This document shows, piece by piece, positions 1 to 8,871 of a stretch of 20,000 bases of DNA. The notes beneath the pieces are model-generated. The model had not been told where the DNA came from. It worked only from the letters and a program-made list of their open reading frames with translations, and made no database searches. Source of the DNA: an uncultured virus (IMG/VR IMGVR_UViG_3300021431_000014) (lineage: Duplodnaviria; Heunggongvirae; Uroviricota; Caudoviricetes); IMG/VR virus record IMGVR_UViG_3300021431_000014. The stretch is one strand, 5' to 3'. Position 1 is the first letter of the stretch, and each line of letters starts with the position of its first letter. The position numbers and the translations under genes are program-made.

Positions 1-9
1 GATAAAACA

Positions 10-594
10 ATGTATGAAATTCCTACATCAATAGAGATAGATGGTAGACAATTTCACATAAGAAATAATGGAGACTATCGAGTAATTCTTGACTGCTTTC
101 AAGCGTTGGAAGATGTGGAACTTCAACCGACAGAAAGGATACTCGCTAGTCTTATTATTTTTTATGAGGATTTTAATACCGTTGAAGATATATATGAAGT
201 AAATATAGAAAAAGCCGTATCGGAGATGTACAACTTCTTTAACTGCGGTTCAGATAATTTTGGTACATCTTCCAAATACAAACTGATTGATTGGGAAGGA
301 GATGCACAATTAATTTGCTCCGCTGTTAATAAAGTAGCTGGCACAGAAGTTCGTTCTGTACCGTATATACACTGGTGGACATTTATGGGATACTACACTG
401 CCATAGGAGATTCTCCGATATCGACAATCATCCATATTCGTGATAAAATAATGAGTAATAAGAAACTGGAAAAATACGAACGAGAATTTCGTATGAAGAA
501 TCCTCAATATTTTACTTGGAACAGTAAACGTGTGGATGATGCAGAAGCAGATAAGTTAGCAAGAGAATTATGGAATAGTAATAGTGAGGGTTAA
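10..594 (+). CDS. Phage tail assembly chaperone, Gp15 (Listeria phage A118 Gp15-like) family
   Basis: 194 aa ORF directly upstream of the tape measure gene; N-terminal 'IPTSIEIDGRQFHIRNNGDYRVIL' and the 'IHWWTF' motif resemble the Gp15 family (LHWWxF). Confidence 0.8.
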   Translation: MYEIPTSIEIDGRQFHIRNNGDYRVILDCFQALEDVELQPTERILASLIIFYEDFNTVEDIYEVNIEKAVSEMYNFFNCGSDNFGTSSKYKLIDWEGDAQLICSAVNKVAGTEVRSVPYIHWWTFMGYYTAIGDSPISTIIHIRDKIMSNKKLEKYEREFRMKNPQYFTWNSKRVDDAEADKLARELWNSNSEG

Positions 595-597
595 ACT

Positions 598-3500
598 ATG
601 GCGGCAGTTGATGGTGATGTTGTATTAAAGGTAACACTTAATGCCGATGATGCTATAAAAGTAGCAAATGAATTACAAGATGACGTTGAAAATATTATAA
701 CTGCATCCAAAGATAATAATGTACTTAAACCTTTTTCTGACCAATTAAAAGAGGTTTTAAAGCGTTCTGAAAATGTAAAAACGCAATTAACTTCTATGAC
801 CGAAAGATTGCAAGCAATTCAAGGTCAAATGAATACCATGAGAAGTAATGCTGGACCAAATCCGCAGTATGAAGCGTTGCAACAACAGTTAAATGAAACA
901 ACTGTTAAATTAGAGTCCGCAAGAGATAAAGCAGAACAATTTAGGCGTGAAATGGCAGCATTATCACAAACTAAAGTAACTTCCTTAGAATTTAAGACTT
1001 TAGAAAGTGAATTAAGTACCGTTGAAACACGTTTTAATATTTTAAACGACAGTATGGAAAATTTTTTGAAACGCGGTGGTTCAAAAGAAAGCCCGTTGTT
1101 TAAAAGTATGCAAAAGGATGCAGATATACTGTCTCAACAAATAGATGATATATTACAAAAAGTAGTAGATTTCCCAGCAGATAAAGTTGAAATTGCCGGA
1201 ACTGATTCCGAAGAGTATAAGGAATTAGAAGAAAATTTACAAATTCGAGAAGAGTTCATACAGCATTATGAACAATCTATATCTGACCTTAGTCAAAAAT
1301 TGCAAGACATGCAAAGGCTTGGATTAGATAAGGCAGATGTAACTAAAACTGATGAATATAAGCAATTAGCGTCAGAATTTAATGAAGTAAAGACTAATGC
1401 CAAAGCAATGACTTCAACATTAGACCGTGTAAATGGAGAGATGTTGCAGTTAAGCACAAGCGCCAATCAAACAAATTATGCGGCTGAACGTTCTGCTAGA
1501 ATATTGCATAATTTAGCAATAGTTGGTAGGGCAGTGTCTGGCACATTTAATCTTCTAACTCGTTCTGTTAACTGGACACTTGGTCTATTTAAAAAGTTTG
1601 TTAACACAACTAGTCAAGTAGTTTCTAATTTGGCTAAGATGGCAAGTTCTGGTATTATTGGCGGAATAAAACGATTAGGCAGTGCGATAGCAAATTTAAA
1701 TAAACACGGAAATAAGAATAACGATGTTTTCAAAAAAGCATTTAGAATGTTATTAAGATATGGGTTGGGAGTTCGTTCTTTTTATTTCTTATTTAGAAAA
1801 TTACGTAAAGCATTAACTGAGGGTATAGGTGAATTATCAAAAGCATATGAACCTCTTAATTCATCTATGTCAAATATCAAAACTGCTTTAATGGATTTAC
1901 GAAATAGTTTTGCCGCGGCATTCGCTCCAATTATTCAGTACGTTGAACCAATTTTAACCAAATTTATAATGATGATATCTGAAGCTGTTACTAAGGTCGG
2001 TATGTTAATAGCTGCTTTAACAGGTAAACAGTATGCTAAACTTGCAACTACCTATCAAGATTATGCAAAGAGTTTGGATAAATCTACTAAGAGTTCATCA
2101 AAAAATAAGAAAGCTACAGAAGAACAAGAAGAAGCCGCTAAAGAATTACAAAGAACACTTGCCGGGTTTGATGATGTAGAAATTTTACATGAAGATAAAG
2201 ATAAAAATAATAAATCCTCTACTCCAGACACTGACACTGACGAAGAAATACCAACACTTGCGAATATACCTGTAGATGACTCTATTAATGATTTTGTTAA
2301 ACGTTTATTAGATGCTTGGAAGAACGCAGATTTCTATGAGTTTGGTAGAATACTTGGTGAAAAAATAAGAGATGCTTTAAATAGTATTCCGTGGGATGCT
2401 ATAAAAGAAGGAGCTAGAAAAGTAGCAAAGAGTATTGCCACATTCTTAAACGGTTTCTTAGAAACACCAGGATTGTTCGATGCTATTGGAAAAACGTTAG
2501 CTGAAGCATTAAATACCGCGTTTGAATTTTTACTTCAGTTTGCAAAATCATTCCATTTTGATGCTTTAGGCGAAGCTGTAGGAACAACTATAAAAAGCGC
2601 ATTAGATAATATTGATTGGCCTATAATTTATGACACTTTTAAATATTGGGGTTGGGGACTTGCAGAAGCGTTAAATAGATTCTTAGAAACCCCCGGTTTA
2701 TTTAGTTCTCTTGGAACTACACTGGCTAATGCTATCAATGCAATATTTACCGGATTATATAATTTCATTATTACGTATAATGCAGGTTCAATAGGCGGTG
2801 CCATTGCAACATTTTTAAACAATGCACTTGGCAATATAGATTGGCCGTTAATTCAAGCAACTTTATCTACTTTGGGAGAGAAACTTGCGACAGAAATTAA
2901 AACGTTTATAGAACAAGCGAACTGGGAAGGTCCGGGTGGCGTCGGTGAAACAATAGGAAATCTGTTTAACACAGCTGTAGGATTTGTTTTTAAGTTTGCA
3001 GAAAAAGACCCATTTAACGGACTTGGTGAAAAAGTTGCCGGTGCATTAAATACAGCTATGGCAACTGCTAAATCTGGTTGGATATTATTAAAACAAACCA
3101 TAAGAAGATTATTTATAAGTGCATTAAAGGAATTATATAATTTTTCTGAGACTTTTGATTTTGAAGGTTTAGGACAAGAAGTTAGTAATACAATCCAACA
3201 AGCATTGGCTGATAAGACATTATGGGAACAGGCTTGTAAAACTTTATATTCATGGTTTCATAATATTGTTAAGTTTTTAAAAACTGCATTACCTTCTGAA
3301 GCACAATGGAAATTATTGGGTACAAGAATTGCAGAATTATTAGATGCAGTTCCGTGGAAAGAAGTTCTTGATTTATGTCTTAATGCGTTAAAAGATGCTT
3401 TCTTTGGATTTTTCCAAGGTTTAGGTTCTACTGTAGCAGGAAAAATAGTTCTTGGACTTATCATGTTTCATGTAACTACAACAATGATAATACCGTTTGT

Positions 3501-5592
3501 CAATAGTATTGTCACTGCATTTGGTGGCCAGACAGTTGGTGCGGCTTTGGCAGGTGCTATAGGCGGAGCAGTTAATAATGGTGCTGCTCAGGCAGCTGTA
3601 GGATTATCTGCGTCCAGTTCTGGATTTTTAGCTTTAGCCGGTAAGTTTAGCGCGATATTAGCCGGATTATTTATTGGTTTTAAATTAACTAACGGTGATG
3701 TGTCTGCAATGGATAATTGGCAGGATGTAAATACACTAATTGCGGATACTTCTAAGGCATTAGATGCTTTAGGTCAGCAGGGTACTATAACATCTGAACA
3801 AATGCAAACAGTATATAGTGCATTAGGGCAAGTACAGCAGAACGGTCTTACTACACAAGAAGCTGTTATGGTATTAGCAGAAGCATTTGCTCAAACCGGT
3901 ATTAGTGGTGATGCGCTTAGAACAATATCTGAAGAGTTAGGACTTGGATTATCAGAAGTTGCTGTAATAACTGATACAATGTCATTCTCATATGATACAT
4001 TAAAATCTAAATTGGCAGACGTAGCAGAAGCAAGCGGCTTTACTGATGCACAGTTTGCAGAATTATCAGCTGAAATAGATAGAAATAAAGAAGTCGGATT
4101 ATCTTCACAAGAGTGGTACGATTTAATTATTACAAAACTTACAGATATGGGAGTAAGTACAGATGATGCTACAGCTATTATTAAAAAGTGCTTTCCGCAA
4201 ATAAATACAGAATTTCAAAATACAAGTAAAGCGGCTACTGAAATGCACGACACTGTAAGTAAATCTGCTGTTGAAACCACTGATATGACAGTAACAGGTG
4301 TAACTGATTCTACCGATGCATTAAATGATGCTTTAAGTGAAATAAATAAAGAGTCAAATAAAAACTTAGAAGATATTAATTCCAGTGTTACCACTAATAT
4401 TTCAGATGCTAAAGATACTGCAATAAAGGATACAAAAACTATGAATACTGATATGACAAAGCAGTATTCTAGTCTTAGCAGTTCCGGAAATAAAGAATTT
4501 GGTAACTTAAATTCCAATGTTAAATCAAAATTAGAAGATATAAAACGAGATGCAAACACTAAAACTTCTGAATTGGCAAATCAATTACATCAACGATATA
4601 CAACTATAGGAAATACTTTGCCGAACCATTTTAAAAATATTGGTAGGGACATTGGTACTCATTTTGAAACTGTACCGGGTAATGTGTTATCAGCTATGAA
4701 CTTGCCAAGTATCGTAATGACTTTTAGGGATGCCATGAACGGTATGGTTAATGTTAGTATAAATACTGCTTCTCAAATACATTCTGCTTTTTCATCCAAA
4801 GATTGGAATAGTATTGGTAGAAATGTTTGTGAAGGTATTTTCAATGGTATTAGAGAAAGCCAACATTATCCTCTTACGTTAGCTTCTACGTTGGCAGAAA
4901 GTCTAAAATCAAACTTATCTGATACAGGCGGATACTGGTGGGTAGGTCATGACTTATGTTATGGAATTTATAACGGCATTATGTGGGGCTGGCAATGGTT
5001 GAATGATGTTGTGCGAGATTTAGCTAATAGCTTATTAGACACAGCAAAATGGACATTGGGTATTGCTTCTCCATCAAAAGAATTTAAGTGGGTAGCTAAA
5101 ATGATTACAACTGGTTTAGCTGAAGGTATAGAAGATACAGGCGACTCGGCTGTTGATTCGGTAAATGAATTAGCTAAATCTCTTGTGGACGAAGCAGAAT
5201 CCGCAAAGCCCGTTTTAGATTTTGGTATTAGTTTTGATGACGTACTTTCTAATTTTTCTGATTCTGTTTCTACAGAATTTGAAAATCTTATTACTAAATT
5301 AGAAACAATGGCAGATAACTTTACTGTTACATTACCCAGTGTTGTATCCGGTAGAGTTGTTCCTTATCAAAGCAGTGTATCTCAGAACAGAGAACAAAGT
5401 TTTATTGATGAACTATTGAATGAATTAGACTATATTAATATGCACCAGTTAACAGCCGATGATATTGAATCTGTAATGGAAAGAACTGTCAGAGGATATG
5501 TTGAAAGCATTGGTTTCTATATCGGAGATGAAGATTTAGCTAGACATGTTAATAAAGGTAATGTAAAATTAAGTAGGAGGTTTAATGTATGA
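598..5592 (+). CDS. Tail tape measure protein
   Basis: 1664 aa, predicted helical; N-terminal coiled coil, 'LAGFDDVEIL' motif, Trp/Phe-periodic amphipathic repeats (IPW, IDW), hydrophobic Ala/Gly stretch, C-terminal 'LGIASPSKEF...GLAEGI' motif common in tape measure proteins; sits between chaperone and Dit. Confidence 0.93.
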   Translation: MAAVDGDVVLKVTLNADDAIKVANELQDDVENIITASKDNNVLKPFSDQLKEVLKRSENVKTQLTSMTERLQAIQGQMNTMRSNAGPNPQYEALQQQLNETTVKLESARDKAEQFRREMAALSQTKVTSLEFKTLESELSTVETRFNILNDSMENFLKRGGSKESPLFKSMQKDADILSQQIDDILQKVVDFPADKVEIAGTDSEEYKELEENLQIREEFIQHYEQSISDLSQKLQDMQRLGLDKADVTKTDEYKQLASEFNEVKTNAKAMTSTLDRVNGEMLQLSTSANQTNYAAERSARILHNLAIVGRAVSGTFNLLTRSVNWTLGLFKKFVNTTSQVVSNLAKMASSGIIGGIKRLGSAIANLNKHGNKNNDVFKKAFRMLLRYGLGVRSFYFLFRKLRKALTEGIGELSKAYEPLNSSMSNIKTALMDLRNSFAAAFAPIIQYVEPILTKFIMMISEAVTKVGMLIAALTGKQYAKLATTYQDYAKSLDKSTKSSSKNKKATEEQEEAAKELQRTLAGFDDVEILHEDKDKNNKSSTPDTDTDEEIPTLANIPVDDSINDFVKRLLDAWKNADFYEFGRILGEKIRDALNSIPWDAIKEGARKVAKSIATFLNGFLETPGLFDAIGKTLAEALNTAFEFLLQFAKSFHFDALGEAVGTTIKSALDNIDWPIIYDTFKYWGWGLAEALNRFLETPGLFSSLGTTLANAINAIFTGLYNFIITYNAGSIGGAIATFLNNALGNIDWPLIQATLSTLGEKLATEIKTFIEQANWEGPGGVGETIGNLFNTAVGFVFKFAEKDPFNGLGEKVAGALNTAMATAKSGWILLKQTIRRLFISALKELYNFSETFDFEGLGQEVSNTIQQALADKTLWEQACKTLYSWFHNIVKFLKTALPSEAQWKLLGTRIAELLDAVPWKEVLDLCLNALKDAFFGFFQGLGSTVAGKIVLGLIMFHVTTTMIIPFVNSIVTAFGGQTVGAALAGAIGGAVNNGAAQAAVGLSASSSGFLALAGKFSAILAGLFIGFKLTNGDVSAMDNWQDVNTLIADTSKALDALGQQGTITSEQMQTVYSALGQVQQNGLTTQEAVMVLAEAFAQTGISGDALRTISEELGLGLSEVAVITDTMSFSYDTLKSKLADVAEASGFTDAQFAELSAEIDRNKEVGLSSQEWYDLIITKLTDMGVSTDDATAIIKKCFPQINTEFQNTSKAATEMHDTVSKSAVETTDMTVTGVTDSTDALNDALSEINKESNKNLEDINSSVTTNISDAKDTAIKDTKTMNTDMTKQYSSLSSSGNKEFGNLNSNVKSKLEDIKRDANTKTSELANQLHQRYTTIGNTLPNHFKNIGRDIGTHFETVPGNVLSAMNLPSIVMTFRDAMNGMVNVSINTASQIHSAFSSKDWNSIGRNVCEGIFNGIRESQHYPLTLASTLAESLKSNLSDTGGYWWVGHDLCYGIYNGIMWGWQWLNDVVRDLANSLLDTAKWTLGIASPSKEFKWVAKMITTGLAEGIEDTGDSAVDSVNELAKSLVDEAESAKPVLDFGISFDDVLSNFSDSVSTEFENLITKLETMADNFTVTLPSVVSGRVVPYQSSVSQNREQSFIDELLNELDYINMHQLTADDIESVMERTVRGYVESIGFYIGDEDLARHVNKGNVKLSRRFNV
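2377..3081 (+). repeat. 75-codon (225 bp) internal tandem repeat in the tape measure gene, about 3 degenerate copies
   Basis: Trp codons of LNSIPW / LDNIDW / LGNIDW at 2392, 2617 and 2842; FLETPGLF at 2455 and 2680; all spaced exactly 225 nt. Confidence 0.8.
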
Positions 5593-5963
5593 ACATAGGA
5601 CTTAAACCATTTAAAATTGACGGGGTAACAATACCTACCCCGTCATCCTACGATTTTGGTATCGAGGATTTATCCTCAGAACAAACAGGTCGTACTCTTG
5701 ACGGAATCATGCATAAAGATGTTGTAGCCGTTAAAGATTATTATACAGTGACATGGAAAAAATTATCAGAAGATGATGCTGCACTTATACTAAATCTTGT
5801 TGACGGCAAGACACAATTATCTTTTACGTATATAGACCCAAGACACCCGGCAGGTGTTGTTACAAGAGATTTTTATGTAGGTAAACGAAGCGGTAAAGCC
5901 ATGAATTTACGTAACAGTAAGAATACATGGAATGATATAACAATGCAGTTTACAAGAATTTAA
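5589..5963 (+). CDS. Distal tail protein (Dit)-like, DUF6711-like
   Basis: 124 aa, ATGA overlap with the tape measure stop, AGGAGG at about 5575-5580; 'TGRTLDGIMHKDVV' and 'FYVGKRS' motifs and its position are typical. Confidence 0.75.
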   Translation: MNIGLKPFKIDGVTIPTPSSYDFGIEDLSSEQTGRTLDGIMHKDVVAVKDYYTVTWKKLSEDDAALILNLVDGKTQLSFTYIDPRHPAGVVTRDFYVGKRSGKAMNLRNSKNTWNDITMQFTRI

Positions 5964-5972
5964 GGTGAAAGT

Positions 5973-8651
5973 ATGAGAAATTTATCAAGTAAATTCAGAC
6001 ATGAAATGTATTATAACCACACATTTGATTGTCTAGCAGAAATCACCTTGGTTAATAATACAAAACTAACTTTAACGAATACAGAATTATGGACAGGTGG
6101 TTTTACACAGGACGATTCTGTTTCACAAGATAGTTCATTTACAGCATTAGGAGCTGCTGTAATAGGTTCTGCTTCTATTATAATCAACAATATGGATGAG
6201 TCATATTCTGATTATGATTTTACAAATGCCGAAGTAGTATTGTCTTTGTCTAAGACATATAGTTATAACGGTAGCGATGTTGTAGAATCTATTCGTATGG
6301 GAACATATGCTGTTGATGACACTGCTTATAACGGTGCTACTATTACATTATCTTTGATGGATAATATGGCACAGTTTGATAGACCATATACTACAAATTT
6401 ATCTTATCCTGCCACATTAATTGATATCGTTGAAGATGCCTGCTTAAAATGTGGAGTACATTTAGCCACATTAACATTCCCACATGAAAACTATGAAGTA
6501 CAAACAAAGCCGGATAAAGATAATACCACTTATAGACAAGTATTAAGTTGGGCGGCAGCTATTGCAGGATGTTTTGCAAGATGTAATGCAGAAGGTAGAC
6601 TTGAGTTAAAATGGTTTGATACTTCATTAATTGATTCACATAGCGAAGGATTAGACGGTGGCGAATTTGATTCTTCTAAACCCTATTCAACAGGCGATAC
6701 TGCCAATGGCGGTTCATTTAATCCTTGGAATACTGGATATGTAATTGACGAAGGTTCGTTTGAAACGGTTAGAAAACTTCACTACTTAAACAGATTAACT
6801 TCTCAAAATATAGGAGTTGATGATGTAGTTATAACAGGTGTTAGAGTTGTCACAGAAATAGTGGATTCAACAACTAAACAACGTGAGGATAAAGCATACT
6901 TAGTCGGTACAGAAGATTATGTCATCGAATTATCTGGAAATGAATTTATAACTTCAGATACAGCAAATTCAGTTTGTACATGGTTAGGAAATCAATTAAT
7001 AGGACTACGATTTAGAAACGGTTCTGTTACACATATAAATGATCCGTCTATTGAAGCAGGGGATGTGGCCATTGTCGTAGATAGAAAAGGAAGAGAATAT
7101 CCTTTTCTTGTTACACGTACATCATTTTCCGCAAGTGGAACTCAGACTACAGAGTGTAATGCAGAATCAGCTTCGCGGAATAGTGCAACACGTTTTTCAC
7201 AGGCTACAAAAGCATATGTAGATGCTAGAAAGTTATTAAATAAAGAACAAACAATTAGAGAACAAGCTATACAGGATTTAGTAGATGGATTAGCATCTAA
7301 AAGTGGTTTATACTCTACTATAGAAACAACACAATCCGGTAATATATATTATTTACATGATAAACCGTTATTAGCAGATTCTAAGACAGTTTGGAAGATG
7401 ACAGATAATGCATTTGGTGTTACTACTAATTATAACGGTAGTCATCCCGAACAAACGTCATGGAACGCTGGACTTACTGTTGACGGAACTTTAATTGCTC
7501 AAATTATAGATACCATTACTATAAGTTTTAGTCGCGGTTATGGTGGAACATTAACGCTTGGTGGACAAAATAACGGCAATGGTGAATTGCGAGTTCTTGA
7601 CGCAAACGGCAACGAAGTTGGCAGATGGAATAATTTAGGTATTCAACTACTCAAGGGCATCATAAACCTCGGAAGCGGCAATTTCACTGTGGATAACCAG
7701 GGCAATGTCAACATCCAAAAAGGCAGCATTGATATCGGAAACGGGCAGTTTGAGGTGGACAGCCGTGGCAATGTCACAGCCAAGTCACTTGTTGCCGATG
7801 ACTATGTTTATGTAGACGGTGACAACAATTCGTATATCAAAATTCCGTATACGGCATACAGTTCTTCCGGATATACAGAGGTATCAAGTGCCGGATTAAA
7901 AACAGCTTTTTCGGGAGGAGCCGTACAAATAGGTACTCTCAAGACATGGAGTAGTGGTTACGGCACACAGTATCCGTCAGGAACAAGTGCCATACCGAAT
8001 GTGTTGCTTACACAGGGCAATACATCGAACGAAGCCTGGAGGAACGATGTTTTTTGTAGCGGTATCGAACTGACTAAGGTAGCATACAATGAAGCAGTCA
8101 GAAACCTCTGGCTCAGTAGTTACAAAATCGAATTGAATCAGGCCAGTGGATATTCAACAGGAAGTTTCGCATTTAGGGCATCATGTGCCGACAAGACTGT
8201 TGCTGTTGACGGTGATTTATCCGTAACGGGAACAAAAAATCGACTTGTCAGAACAGAAGATTATAGCGACAGACTCCTGTATTGTTACGAAACTCCGACA
8301 CCGATGTTCGGGGACATAGGCGAAGGCGAAATCGGAGAAGACGGCCTGTGTTATGTTGCAATAGACCCTGTGTTCTCCGAGACAATCACTACCGCTCAGT
8401 ATCAGGTATCTCTGCAAAAGTACGGTGAAGGTGACTGCTATGTTAAAGAAAGAACAGGGAATTATTTTATTGTAAAGGGAACTCCTGGCCTGCTGTTTGG
8501 GTGGGAACTTAAAGCGAAGCAGTCGGGATATGAGCAACGAAGATTAGATGATATCAATTTTGTTAAACCGCAACAGGAAAAGCAAATCGACTACGGTGGT
8601 TTGGCAGTTGAACATATAGATGAGGTTAACAGCGAAAGGATGGTGGCATAA
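5973..8651 (+). CDS. Baseplate hub / Tal-like tail protein with C-terminal spike extension
   Basis: 892 aa following Dit; N-terminal hub-like region ('TYRQVLSWAAAIAGCFARCNAEGRLELKW', 'DPSIEAGDV'), short coiled coil, Gly/Asn-rich beta-repeat shaft, and a C-terminal 'GTKNRLV...YCYETPTPMFGDIGEG...FGWELKAKQ' domain recurrent in phage spikes. Confidence 0.8.
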   Translation: MRNLSSKFRHEMYYNHTFDCLAEITLVNNTKLTLTNTELWTGGFTQDDSVSQDSSFTALGAAVIGSASIIINNMDESYSDYDFTNAEVVLSLSKTYSYNGSDVVESIRMGTYAVDDTAYNGATITLSLMDNMAQFDRPYTTNLSYPATLIDIVEDACLKCGVHLATLTFPHENYEVQTKPDKDNTTYRQVLSWAAAIAGCFARCNAEGRLELKWFDTSLIDSHSEGLDGGEFDSSKPYSTGDTANGGSFNPWNTGYVIDEGSFETVRKLHYLNRLTSQNIGVDDVVITGVRVVTEIVDSTTKQREDKAYLVGTEDYVIELSGNEFITSDTANSVCTWLGNQLIGLRFRNGSVTHINDPSIEAGDVAIVVDRKGREYPFLVTRTSFSASGTQTTECNAESASRNSATRFSQATKAYVDARKLLNKEQTIREQAIQDLVDGLASKSGLYSTIETTQSGNIYYLHDKPLLADSKTVWKMTDNAFGVTTNYNGSHPEQTSWNAGLTVDGTLIAQIIDTITISFSRGYGGTLTLGGQNNGNGELRVLDANGNEVGRWNNLGIQLLKGIINLGSGNFTVDNQGNVNIQKGSIDIGNGQFEVDSRGNVTAKSLVADDYVYVDGDNNSYIKIPYTAYSSSGYTEVSSAGLKTAFSGGAVQIGTLKTWSSGYGTQYPSGTSAIPNVLLTQGNTSNEAWRNDVFCSGIELTKVAYNEAVRNLWLSSYKIELNQASGYSTGSFAFRASCADKTVAVDGDLSVTGTKNRLVRTEDYSDRLLYCYETPTPMFGDIGEGEIGEDGLCYVAIDPVFSETITTAQYQVSLQKYGEGDCYVKERTGNYFIVKGTPGLLFGWELKAKQSGYEQRRLDDINFVKPQQEKQIDYGGLAVEHIDEVNSERMVA

Positions 8652-8655
8652 AAAC

Positions 8656-8859
8656 ATGAAAATTGTAACATCGGTGACAATTTGGAACGATGCAATAGGC
8701 AAGCGCATCAGTATTACTTATTCGGAAATTGACCCGGAAACAGGTAAGATTATTGCTGATAACAAACGTATTGACAGAATTATTACAGATACATCGGCAA
8801 AGAAACTTGCAGATGATTTACAAGCATATGCTCAAACATTTGTTGATTCTATTGAATAA
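8656..8859 (+). CDS. Small hypothetical tail-associated protein (67 aa)
   Basis: ATG at 8656 lies just after the upstream stop with purine-rich AAAGGATGGTGG upstream; preferred to the 8620 start in the ORF track. MKIVTSVTIWNDAIGKRISITYSEID... looks like a compact beta-beta-alpha protein. Confidence 0.75.
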   Translation: MKIVTSVTIWNDAIGKRISITYSEIDPETGKIIADNKRIDRIITDTSAKKLADDLQAYAQTFVDSIE

Positions 8860-8871
8860 AGGAGGGCTTAT

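Noticed and set aside
8620..8655. Upstream start for the small ORF ending at 8859
   Set aside because: Overlaps the previous gene; ATG 8656 follows the stop directly and has a purine-rich RBS-like sequence upstream.
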